A program made the position numbers and the translations under genes. A stretch of 42,024 nt of DNA, taken from the IMG/VR virus record IMGVR_UViG_3300013104_000040, positions 1 through 42,024 of that record, one strand, 5' to 3'. Source of the stretch: a virus. Shown here piece after piece: positions 31,110-38,337 of this stretch (the first letter of the stretch is position 1; each line of letters opens with the position of its first letter). The notes beneath the pieces are model-generated. The model saw nothing but the letters and a program-made list of their open reading frames with translations. It had not been told where the DNA came from and did not search any database.

Positions 31110-31258
31110 GGCTGGCTCCTTATTTGATCTTAGGTTTCTTGCGTTTGCCGCGACCTTGCCACTCTTCACGCTGCGTATGGCTTGCGGTGTTATCTGCCCA
31201 TCTAGGTTGAGCCAACGCCCAAAGGCCAATGGCATATCCCATGCTTAATTTATTTTTC

Positions 31259-31672
31259 TTACTCATCCCCGCCTCCGTATATTGATTCGTATGCTGCAAT
31301 AGCGGCTAGCAATGGCTGGTTATATACAAAACAATCTTTATGAGCTTCTGAACGTGCTGCTTTTATTCCACCTAAGCTATTTACTAAATCAACCGACTCC
31401 ACCAGACGCTTGAGATCGGAAAGATCGATAAGCACGTTGATGTATTCAATCCAAGCTGCGTTTTCGGTCCAACCCTCTGAGCTTAATGAATCAAAATTAA
31501 CTAAATGACTCTCTTTAGGTTCCGCTTGAGCTTGTTGTAAGTGCTCCTGATCAATGTTCTTCACATATTCGTTGTTGTCTTTGTGATAGAACTCAGCACC
31601 TTCTGGAGACTCGTTAATAAGTCGTTTAGCCTCTGACAAGCCCCACTCACGAATAAACTGTTCTGGTTTCAT
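31259..31672 (-). CDS. Hypothetical protein (137 aa)
   Basis: Long ORF, start overlapping the upstream stop (ATGA at 31669-31672). No motifs recognised. Confidence 0.6.
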   Translation of the reverse strand: MKPEQFIREWGLSEAKRLINESPEGAEFYHKDNNEYVKNIDQEHLQQAQAEPKESHLVNFDSLSSEGWTENAAWIEYINVLIDLSDLKRLVESVDLVNSLGGIKAARSEAHKDCFVYNQPLLAAIAAYESIYGGGDE

Positions 31673-31974
31673 TAGAAGTCACCTCCGCTTAACATAGTCT
31701 TTAATCCACCATCAACAGCTACTAACTCTTGCTGATCCGAACCACTATCGCTGTGTGAATTTCCAAGCATTAGTAATATTCCATCATTAGCACTGTAATA
31801 CTCTGCATCTGGAAAACTTTTGCGGATTTCCTTCATAAGCTTTTCTAGACCTTTGGTTAACGTCTTAAAGCGCTTTTCAAAGTTAGGGTTAGCCTCATTT
31901 AGTAAGTCATTAGCATCAACATCACCACCAGCGATTGCGTTCAATACATCTTCTTCTGTCATGTACATTTTCAT
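31672..31974 (-). CDS. Hypothetical acidic protein (100 aa)
   Basis: Long ORF, coupled to its neighbours. No motifs recognised. Confidence 0.6.
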   Translation of the reverse strand: MKMYMTEEDVLNAIAGGDVDANDLLNEANPNFEKRFKTLTKGLEKLMKEIRKSFPDAEYYSANDGILLMLGNSHSDSGSDQQELVAVDGGLKTMLSGGDF

Positions 31975-32207
31975 ACCGCCTCCTTGTCATGTCTGGTCAT
32001 GATCTCTAAGCGTTTAATCTCATCACTGATGTACCAAACAGCCTTTTGCAGATCTTGGATTTGACTATCTGAATCTTTTAAACCATTGCGCCATAAATAC
32101 TTGATTGCATTACCAATATTGAAGTTACGGTGTCTTGTGATCTGAATACACTCAACTCCACTTGGATCACTGGTGTAATGCTTAGGGTGATTAACATTGT
32201 CAGTCAT
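31971..32207 (-). CDS. DUF3310 family phage protein
   Basis: NHPKHYTSDPSGVECIQI..GNAIKYLWRNGLKD..QDLQKAVWYI matches the DUF3310 pattern (HPxHY..E..NaiKYl.R..K..DL.KA). Confidence 0.65.
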   Translation of the reverse strand: MTDNVNHPKHYTSDPSGVECIQITRHRNFNIGNAIKYLWRNGLKDSDSQIQDLQKAVWYISDEIKRLEIMTRHDKEAV

Positions 32208-32629
32208 GCCACTAACTCCTTAATCACCATGATCTCTTTCCCTTTCATAAGCCGCTTGTATAGGCTCAACGTGCATTTACGTGTATTACGCGCAAGAGAG
32301 ATAAGCGAAGGAGATACATTTGCCACTTTGGCTAATTGCTGCTGTCTTCCATGTACCTTAGAGATCCAATCAACTAAACCGTCTAAGCAATCTTTACTAA
32401 CGAACGTATGTTTAAGTGATGGATCAACTTCCAATTCAAACAACTCATCGTTAAGCAATTCCATTTCCATTTGCATTCTTAAAAATCTAATGATTTCGGT
32501 TTTAAGCTGATGTTCTGTTCCACTCTCAAAAGCATCACGTACAGCCTTAACAACACACATCTCGTAAGGTGGGCGATTCTTTAACATCGCTATTTTGTTC
32601 AAGTTGTTTCTTACTTCAGTTAGAGTCAT
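32204..32629 (-). CDS. Hypothetical protein with a C-terminal HTH-like segment
   Basis: QQQLAKVANVSPSLISLARNTRK resembles an HTH. 141 aa. Confidence 0.55.
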   Translation of the reverse strand: MTLTEVRNNLNKIAMLKNRPPYEMCVVKAVRDAFESGTEHQLKTEIIRFLRMQMEMELLNDELFELEVDPSLKHTFVSKDCLDGLVDWISKVHGRQQQLAKVANVSPSLISLARNTRKCTLSLYKRLMKGKEIMVIKELVA

Positions 32630-32694
32630 GCTGCACCACCAAATATTTGTTTTGCTTTATCAGTAGCCATGTAGCCACGTGGAATAGAACCGTC

Positions 32695-32913
32695 TTAAAT
32701 TAAGTAGCCTGACTTAACCAATGCGTTGAGTTGTCGTTGTGCACAGCGCTTTGAAACACCTGTAATGCGCTCATAGTCTTGGCTTGACTTACGGCCTGTC
32801 TCTTTTGTGACAACAAGCATGAAAGACACCAATGAATCGAACATTGCACTCATAGTTTTATTAACTGAACTTTCACACCAATCGACTGTTTGATTATCTA
32901 GAGGATGTTTCAC
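32695..32913 (-). CDS. Small winged-helix/HTH-like protein
   Basis: ERITGVSKRCAQRQLNALVKSGYLI resembles a wHTH recognition segment. Coupled to the P-like gene. Confidence 0.5.
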   Translation of the reverse strand: MKHPLDNQTVDWCESSVNKTMSAMFDSLVSFMLVVTKETGRKSSQDYERITGVSKRCAQRQLNALVKSGYLI

Positions 32914-33749
32914 GCTGCACCTCTCAACGCCATAGGCAACTTAAGACCATCGGCTTGAAGCATTTGCTTAAATTCTTCTTTCTGGTCGAATGGATCGGGC
33001 CAATATTCAGTGTCGGGTTTGAGTTCCCAAGGTTGAACTTCCTTAATTTCCTCAGCCATTTTGTTGACTGGTGCTTGGATCTTTAGCTTTTCGCGCAACT
33101 CCGCAATTGCCTTTTGTGCAATCGTTTTGTATCGCTCGTTATCTGCCTGCTGCTCTTCCTTGGTTTGCTTGTGCTCAAGTTGAAGCTGTGTTTCTTGAGT
33201 AGTGAGAAAACCTGCTACCTCAGCCTGTTTGATTGCTGTAATGCGCTGATCTGGGTCTAAACCTAAGCTCACGTTGTAGACTGGTTTTAACCCTTGATCT
33301 TTTGCTTCAGTCACCAAACGATCGTAGATAGAAACAAAGATCTTCTTAGCTTCTGCTAATTGGAACTTGTCACCAGTTGCAACCAAATCAGCACACTTTT
33401 CGAATGCTTTAGCGGCTTGCTCTGTCCAAACCACAGTCATTTCACGACCAGTGCCATATTCGATTGAGTTTTTAGCTATTGCCCACGCTTCATGTGAATC
33501 TAACCAATCAGATGCTTTAGGCTCACACCAAGAACGAAACTCAGGAATTGATGGGCAGAAAGTTGATTTCATCATCTTGGTTACACCACGTTTGAAATCT
33601 TCTGCTGTTAATCCTTGAAAGCACTCAACCATTGATTCAGCGATATCCTTAGGATCCACACCCGCCCATTGATCTGCGAATTTCTTTCCGTAAAACCCAC
33701 GCATTTTCCCGATTAGGCGAATAGCGTCTTCAAAGGTGAACTCACGCAT
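32910..33749 (-). CDS. Replication protein, lambda P-like (helicase loader)
   Basis: FQGLTAEDFKRGVTKMMKSTFCPSIPEFRSWCEP parallels lambda P ..GITTMEQVNAGMRVARRQNRPFLPSPGQFVAWCRE (from memory). ATG 33749 has an RBS (GAGGAGGTG). Confidence 0.55.
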   Translation of the reverse strand: MREFTFEDAIRLIGKMRGFYGKKFADQWAGVDPKDIAESMVECFQGLTAEDFKRGVTKMMKSTFCPSIPEFRSWCEPKASDWLDSHEAWAIAKNSIEYGTGREMTVVWTEQAAKAFEKCADLVATGDKFQLAEAKKIFVSIYDRLVTEAKDQGLKPVYNVSLGLDPDQRITAIKQAEVAGFLTTQETQLQLEHKQTKEEQQADNERYKTIAQKAIAELREKLKIQAPVNKMAEEIKEVQPWELKPDTEYWPDPFDQKEEFKQMLQADGLKLPMALRGAA

Positions 33750-34605
33750 GACCCACCTCCTCAATCATCATCGACTTTTTTGGTGTGACATCTCGAAAGC
33801 TTGTGCCACCATTGAGGAACTCATCCCACTTTGCTTGTTCTGAAATGGTTTGTTGTACAACAGGTTGATGAGCTTGTTGCTTTACTCGGTTTTGAAACCA
33901 GTCTGCTCTAAATGAACCCCAGTCCTGCTTAGCAGCGAATTCAAGTGCTTCGATGACAGTAAGTTGAACAAGTGCTGCCTGCTCTTTAATTTCATCCATG
34001 GCAACATCTGAGAATGCTTTACCATTTCGTTTTTCAATGATTGGTTGAGCAAACTTCACATCAAGACCAAGGGAAACAAGTTCGTTGATTGCAGCTTGTT
34101 TTTTAGTGATGCGAGGTGTTTTAGCCTTTGCACTCGTTTGTGAAGATTCTTCTTCACTAATATCTATACTGGTTATTGGTTTATGGTTTATGGTTAATGG
34201 TTTATGGTTAGGTGACGCTTCGTGCTCTTTTTCACACGTTTCGTGCACGTTTGGTGACGAGTCGTTTGCAAAACGTTTACCGTTCTTGCGTTTTTCCTCT
34301 CGTTCTTTGGCAATTCGTGCATTATTTTCAGCTTTAGACTTATAAGCATCTAACTCTTCTTTAATGCGGTTTTGCACATAACGATCATCATCTTGCAGTT
34401 CAAAGAACTTGCTCAATACGAATTTAACTGCTGTGATTTCTGCTTCATCACGTGCCCAAGTCCAATCTAGAGCCTCCTCTAAAGTTGGGAACTCTTCACG
34501 GTCATAAATAGCATCAAGCAGCTGGTTATAGGCACCATGCTCAAGCATAGTCAAACGACCTGCTTTCTTTGCATAATCACCTAGATTGCGCTTGTAGTAA
34601 TGCAC
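33742..34605 (-). CDS. DUF1376 (YdaU-like) replication initiation-associated protein
   Basis: HYYKRNLGDYAKKAGRLTMLEHGAYNQLLDAIYDREEFP matches the DUF1376 N-terminal signature. GTG start with RBS AAGGAGGTG. Contains the heptamer iterons. Confidence 0.65.
   Translation of the reverse strand: MHYYKRNLGDYAKKAGRLTMLEHGAYNQLLDAIYDREEFPTLEEALDWTWARDEAEITAVKFVLSKFFELQDDDRYVQNRIKEELDAYKSKAENNARIAKEREEKRKNGKRFANDSSPNVHETCEKEHEASPNHKPLTINHKPITSIDISEEESSQTSAKAKTPRITKKQAAINELVSLGLDVKFAQPIIEKRNGKAFSDVAMDEIKEQAALVQLTVIEALEFAAKQDWGSFRADWFQNRVKQQAHQPVVQQTISEQAKWDEFLNGGTSFRDVTPKKSMMIEEVGHA
34171..34212. repeat. Six tandem heptamers GGTT(T/A)AT; candidate origin iterons inside the replication gene
   Basis: GGTTATT GGTTTAT GGTTTAT GGTTAAT GGTTTAT GGTTAGG, adjacent to an AT-rich stretch (34151-34170). 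It encodes PNHKPLTINHKPITS in a low-complexity linker. Confidence 0.5.
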
Positions 34606-34698
34606 TACTCACCTCCTTGAACGGAGAGGGCTTGTTCTGTTAGTATTTGTTTGTTCATATGACTTACCTTGTTTGAACATGAAGCCTGATCTAGTACA

Positions 34699-34962
34699 TC
34701 AGGCTTTTTTAATTTCTAATATTTGAGATTCTGGGTTTACCCCAAGTTTCCCAACTAATCCTAAACGCTCCCTTTTCTTCCTATTTTTTTCAGCTCTTTT
34801 AAGCATTAAGCTAACCTCATGATATTCACCCATAATGGCTTTCTCTAAGAGGATTACAGCTTGATGCGCATAGTCTTTACCACGTACATCAGAGATCAAT
34901 CTCAAACGTTCCATCATGTCTGGGAGCATCTTCAAACGAAGATCTTCTTTCTCAAGACTCAT
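34699..34962 (-). CDS. CII-position small regulatory protein (hypothetical)
   Basis: 87 aa with a basic C-terminus. The start overlaps the stop of the Cro-like gene (ATGA). Assigned by position only. Confidence 0.45.
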   Translation of the reverse strand: MSLEKEDLRLKMLPDMMERLRLISDVRGKDYAHQAVILLEKAIMGEYHEVSLMLKRAEKNRKKRERLGLVGKLGVNPESQILEIKKA

Positions 34963-35135
34963 GACACCCTCTTAACTGGTAGTGTTGGTTCTTGTTCAAG
35001 CAACTTAAATGCAGCAGCTTCGGGTACATATTCACCCCACTGGTAAACTGCTTGACGGCTAATTTTTAAGAGTTTTGCGATCTTTGGCGCATTGAACCGA
35101 GCCAAAACATCAGATGTTTTCATCTCAATTCGCAT
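34959..35135 (-). CDS. Cro-like HTH repressor (YdaS/Cro family)
   Basis: IAKLLKISRQAVYQWGEYVPE is typical of Cro/YdaS-like HTH proteins. It is divergent from the CI-like gene. The start is uncertain (ATG 35135 or 35123; the track gives 35153). Confidence 0.7.
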   Translation of the reverse strand: MRIEMKTSDVLARFNAPKIAKLLKISRQAVYQWGEYVPEAAAFKLLEQEPTLPVKRVS

Positions 35136-35153
35136 AATTAATTCCAATTTCAA

Positions 35154-35262
35154 CTTTACTTTGTCAAGTCTACTTTACTGTTAAAAGTTTAGCAAGCTTT
35201 ACAAACGAAAAGTTAAGATTTCTTTACATTTTGTTTATGGCAATAGCCATGAGATTTACACT
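35154..35262. promoter_or_regulatory. Immunity switch region: divergent promoters and repeated CTTTAC operator half-sites
   Basis: CTTTAC occurs at 35154, 35173, 35197 and 35222, and ATTTAC at 35254. A perfect -35 TTGACA on the minus strand (35162-35167) faces the cro-like gene. Confidence 0.55.
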
Positions 35263-36045
35263 ATGAGTACTCTTCAAGAGCGAATGTCTTTAGCTATAAA
35301 GCACTATGAATCTGAGACAGGTAAAAGATTCAAAAATACTGAACTGGCTAGGTTTGCGGGCGTGAGCAGAGCTAATGTTGGGTTGTGGGTAAATGGCCCA
35401 ACACAAGAGTTAGAGGGGTCAAATTTAGTTAAAGCGGCTGAGTTTTTAGGGGTTTCTAAAGATTGGCTTGCTGGTCAAAGTAACAAAATGATTGCCGCAC
35501 AGCTGGATGGCGGTGGTTCACAATTAAACGTTATAGATATTGAAGCCTTTAAGCAGAAGTACAATATTCCAGATAGTGAAGATGCTGTTAAGTTTGTTCA
35601 AACTCCAGTTAAGCCATTCCCTATTCAAAAAAGATATGTGCCTGTTAAGGCTTATTCAAAGATGGGCATGGATGGGTATTTTACGGATATGGGATATGAT
35701 GGAAATGCTGGTGATGGCTATGTTCCAACACATACGGGGGGTGATAGAGCTTACGGCATAAAGGGAACTGGAGACTCAATGTTTCCAGCAATTCGTAATG
35801 GCTGGTATGTTGTATGCGACCCTGATGCTGAGCTTGTGCCAAATGAATTTGTCCAGGTGTGCTTAAAGGATGGTAGATGCACAATTAAAGAATTTGTCGG
35901 CATAAATGGAGGGGTTTTAAGCCTGCTTTCCGTGAATGGTGGTGAGCGATTTTTCTTTGAAATGGATGAGGTAGAAAGCATTACAGCTATTACAGATATC
36001 GTGCCACCAAGTCAGCACAGACAAGAACATCCCTATTCACATTGA
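35263..36045 (+). CDS. CI-like prophage repressor (XRE HTH + S24 LexA-like autopeptidase)
   Basis: The N-terminus has NTELARFAGVSRANVGLWVNG (HTH). The C-terminus has GTGDSMFPAIRNGWYVVCDPD.. and ..CTIKEF (Ser/Lys dyad). Confidence 0.9.
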   Translation: MSTLQERMSLAIKHYESETGKRFKNTELARFAGVSRANVGLWVNGPTQELEGSNLVKAAEFLGVSKDWLAGQSNKMIAAQLDGGGSQLNVIDIEAFKQKYNIPDSEDAVKFVQTPVKPFPIQKRYVPVKAYSKMGMDGYFTDMGYDGNAGDGYVPTHTGGDRAYGIKGTGDSMFPAIRNGWYVVCDPDAELVPNEFVQVCLKDGRCTIKEFVGINGGVLSLLSVNGGERFFFEMDEVESITAITDIVPPSQHRQEHPYSH

Positions 36046-36064
36046 ATTAGAAATTATTAGATAG

Positions 36065-36088
36065 CCCACCCTGTGTGGGTTTTCTTTT
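36065..36088 (+). terminator. Intrinsic terminator after the repressor gene
   Basis: CCCAC-CCTGT-GTGGG followed by TTTTCTTTTG. Confidence 0.65.
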
Positions 36089-36112
36089 GCCTATTAAATA
36101 TTTTGTTTAGAG

Positions 36113-36170
36113 TAATTTACAATAATCTGTAAATACCTCTTTACAACAAATAATATGTAAAGTATTCTTT
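36113..36170 (+). promoter_or_regulatory. Early-left promoter with overlapping palindromic operators
   Basis: TTTACA (36138-36143) - 17 nt - TATTCT (36161-36166). Palindromes are ATTTAC-N8-GTAAAT (36113-36132) and CTTTAC-N12-GTAAAG (36137-36160), plus CTTTAC at 36165. Confidence 0.55.
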
Positions 36171-36188
36171 ACTCATTCCTTAATAAAA

Positions 36189-36222
36189 AGCACGCTAGAC
36201 CGACTAAAACCTGCGTGCTTTT
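36189..36222 (+). promoter_or_regulatory. Leader hairpin (terminator/attenuator-like) between the early-left promoter and the first gene
   Basis: AAAAAGCACGC-(17 nt)-GCGTGCTTTT: a 7-bp GC-rich stem flanked by an A-run and a T-run. It ends 6 nt before ATG 36228. Confidence 0.4.
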
Positions 36223-36227
36223 ACTCA

Positions 36228-36434
36228 ATGAGTGAGATAAGTATGAATCAAAGAATTGAAAAGTACAAGTTTAGCCAGGCCTTTCGGGATGGCTCGAAAG
36301 CATTCGTAGCTTTCTGGATTATCACCTTCATTGCATTTGCTTTCTTAAAAAGCTGTGCCGATGAGCAACATGTAAACGAACTCAAAGCAAAACAGAACAT
36401 GTATGTCCGCGTTCAGGTTGAGGGGGTGAAGTGA
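36228..36434 (+). CDS. Small membrane protein (68 aa), first gene of the early-left operon
   Basis: TM segment AFVAFWIITFIAFAFL. The stop overlaps the methyltransferase ATG. Confidence 0.6.
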   Translation: MSEISMNQRIEKYKFSQAFRDGSKAFVAFWIITFIAFAFLKSCADEQHVNELKAKQNMYVRVQVEGVK

Positions 36435-37204
36435 TGTCTAATCTATCTACTAATGTTCTTTCAATACTAAGTGCATCTCGAATTGAAGGTAATAAGGTTT
36501 TTCTTCCAGATATTCAACTTGATCGCAAGTCTTATCAAGACGTGAATAAAGTTTTTGATGCTCTAGGTGGTAAATGGAGCAAGAAGGATAAAGCTCATTT
36601 ATTCAATGATGATCCTACTGAACAATTGGAAGAAGTTATTTTATTAGGCCGCATTGAACGCAAGAAAAATCCTCTCAAGGAACTAGGTTTCTTTCCTACT
36701 CCTGATGATCTAGCACGTTATGTGGTATCTCAAGCGGATATTAATCATGACCAATTTATCCTTGAGCCTTCAGCGGGTTCTGGACAATTACTTAAGGCAC
36801 TTAATGTAACTGACAAAGATATTCATACAGCTTGTTATGAAATAAATCCAGACATGAAGGAAGGACTAGAAGTTCTTGCAGACGAAGTAAACATTTGTGA
36901 CTTCATGCTTGCTAATCCTGAGCCTAAGTATGATCGAGTGGTGATGAACCCTCCATTCAACAAAGCGCGTGCAGATATTCATCATGTTCTTCACGCTTTC
37001 AAATTCCTTAAACCAGGTGGGCGTTTGGTTGCAATTATGCCTTCAGGTGTTCGTTTTCGTGATGACAAACTTACCAATGAATTTAGAGCTTTAGTTCATT
37101 CAAACGGAGCGATTGAAGATCTTCCAGAAGGTTCATTTAAAGAATCTGGAACTCAAGTAAATACAGTATTGGTGACTTTGTACAAGGAGCCCTCTCATGG
37201 ATAA
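36434..37204 (+). CDS. Orphan N6-adenine DNA methyltransferase
   Basis: ILEPSAGSGQLL supplies motif I and VVMNPPFNK supplies motif IV (NPPF). No adjacent restriction endonuclease. Confidence 0.8.
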   Translation: MSNLSTNVLSILSASRIEGNKVFLPDIQLDRKSYQDVNKVFDALGGKWSKKDKAHLFNDDPTEQLEEVILLGRIERKKNPLKELGFFPTPDDLARYVVSQADINHDQFILEPSAGSGQLLKALNVTDKDIHTACYEINPDMKEGLEVLADEVNICDFMLANPEPKYDRVVMNPPFNKARADIHHVLHAFKFLKPGGRLVAIMPSGVRFRDDKLTNEFRALVHSNGAIEDLPEGSFKESGTQVNTVLVTLYKEPSHG

Positions 37205-37883
37205 CTACAAAAAACGTGAGTTTCTAGAACCTCAAGAAGATGGCACTTACAAGCTCATTGAGTGGTCTTGTTTGACTTGTCCACCTGAGGACTATGTTGA
37301 GATTCCAGAAGGTGCGGAATTCTACATGCAGATGCGAGTAGGCCTAAAAGCTGGTTGTCAATTTTTCTTCAAGTTTGATGATGAAGACCTTCGCGTACTT
37401 TCAGGATCAGGTTGGCAGCATGCTTCTTATGACTCTATTCAAGAGTATGTAGATGAAGGCGATCAACTTTTATGGAGTCGTGAAACTGTCAAAAAAGACC
37501 CAGCCTTGATTAGCGGTGCGGAGGCGAAGCTTGCTTGGGCTAAGGGTAAGGATGTCCAGATTAGTCACAAAGAACTAGATGGTATTGATTGGACTGATCT
37601 CCATGGATCTCTAATGCTTAGTGTTTTTGAAGCAGACCATATGTACATTTTTCGCCTCAAACCCAAAACCATCAAGCTTGAGCTTGAGCTGCCGAAGCCT
37701 TTTGAGCCGAAGTTGGGTGATTTGTATTGGTGTATCGCTATGACAAATCTTCGAGGGTATACGCAAAAGGTCTACAAAGATGATGGCGATGATGAGTGCT
37801 TAATTCATCTAGGAGCCTACCGCACCGAAGAAGAAATCAAGCAAGTCGTAGAGCAACTCAGAAAGATACGAGGTGCATCATGA
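37197..37883 (+). CDS. Hypothetical protein (228 aa)
   Basis: Long ORF overlapping the methyltransferase stop by 8 nt. No motifs recognised. Confidence 0.65.
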   Translation: MDNYKKREFLEPQEDGTYKLIEWSCLTCPPEDYVEIPEGAEFYMQMRVGLKAGCQFFFKFDDEDLRVLSGSGWQHASYDSIQEYVDEGDQLLWSRETVKKDPALISGAEAKLAWAKGKDVQISHKELDGIDWTDLHGSLMLSVFEADHMYIFRLKPKTIKLELELPKPFEPKLGDLYWCIAMTNLRGYTQKVYKDDGDDECLIHLGAYRTEEEIKQVVEQLRKIRGAS

Positions 37884-37948
37884 TCATAGCAATTTTAGAT
37901 ATCGTGCTGTTTAACCTCATCTTGGCGGTTCACTGGGGGGTTATCTAA
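37880..37948 (+). CDS. 22-aa hydrophobic micro-ORF, translationally coupled on both sides
   Basis: Hand translation gives MIIAILDIVLFNLILAVHWGVI. The ATG overlaps the upstream TGA (ATGA) and the TAA overlaps the downstream ATG (TAATG). Confidence 0.35.
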   Translation: MIIAILDIVLFNLILAVHWGVI

Positions 37949-38337
37949 TGAATATGTTAGCCAATATCTCGTTTGATGCCGCTGTATTCACAAGCCTTGA
38001 AGCAACGAACGTTGAAGTGATTAATGATGAGATTTACTTCTCTCTGATCTGTTCGGGCAAAGAACACATCTATGTTGTTGGCAAATGTAGAGGCATAGAG
38101 AAAGAAGGCTCTTTTGAGTGGGATGAAGGTAATCCTGAATATGCTCAAGACGTGGCATTCACAATGCTTCAAGTGACTGAATTTTGCCGCCCTCATGTAG
38201 AAGACTACGAATTTGTAGACGCTATAGATGGTCAGCCATTCGCCTTAACTTCAACTCAGATTCAAGCAATAAATGAAGAGTTAGAAGAACTGGCAAGAGA
38301 AGAAAAGATAACTGAATTAAAGAAGGATGCAGCTTAA
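37948..38337 (+). CDS. Hypothetical acidic protein (129 aa)
   Basis: Long ORF, Asp/Glu-rich. No motifs recognised. Confidence 0.65.
   Translation: MNMLANISFDAAVFTSLEATNVEVINDEIYFSLICSGKEHIYVVGKCRGIEKEGSFEWDEGNPEYAQDVAFTMLQVTEFCRPHVEDYEFVDAIDGQPFALTSTQIQAINEELEELAREEKITELKKDAA

Noticed and set aside
31110-31258. Alternative 40-codon ORF (MGYAIGLWALAQPRWADNTASHTQREEWQGRGKRKKPKIK) or an N-terminal extension of the 30843 ORF.
   Set aside because: Both readings lack a clear RBS. The strong AAGGAG before ATG 31109 supports the shorter gene, so the upstream stretch is left unassigned.
34680-34712. A + strand-oriented terminator-like hairpin (GAAGCCTGAT..ATCAGGCTTTTTT) in a region with only minus-strand genes, plus a 23-codon minus-strand ORF in 34606-34698.
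   Set aside because: The hairpin overlaps the 3' end of the CII-position ORF and may just block antisense transcription. The small ORF has no RBS and no distinctive features.
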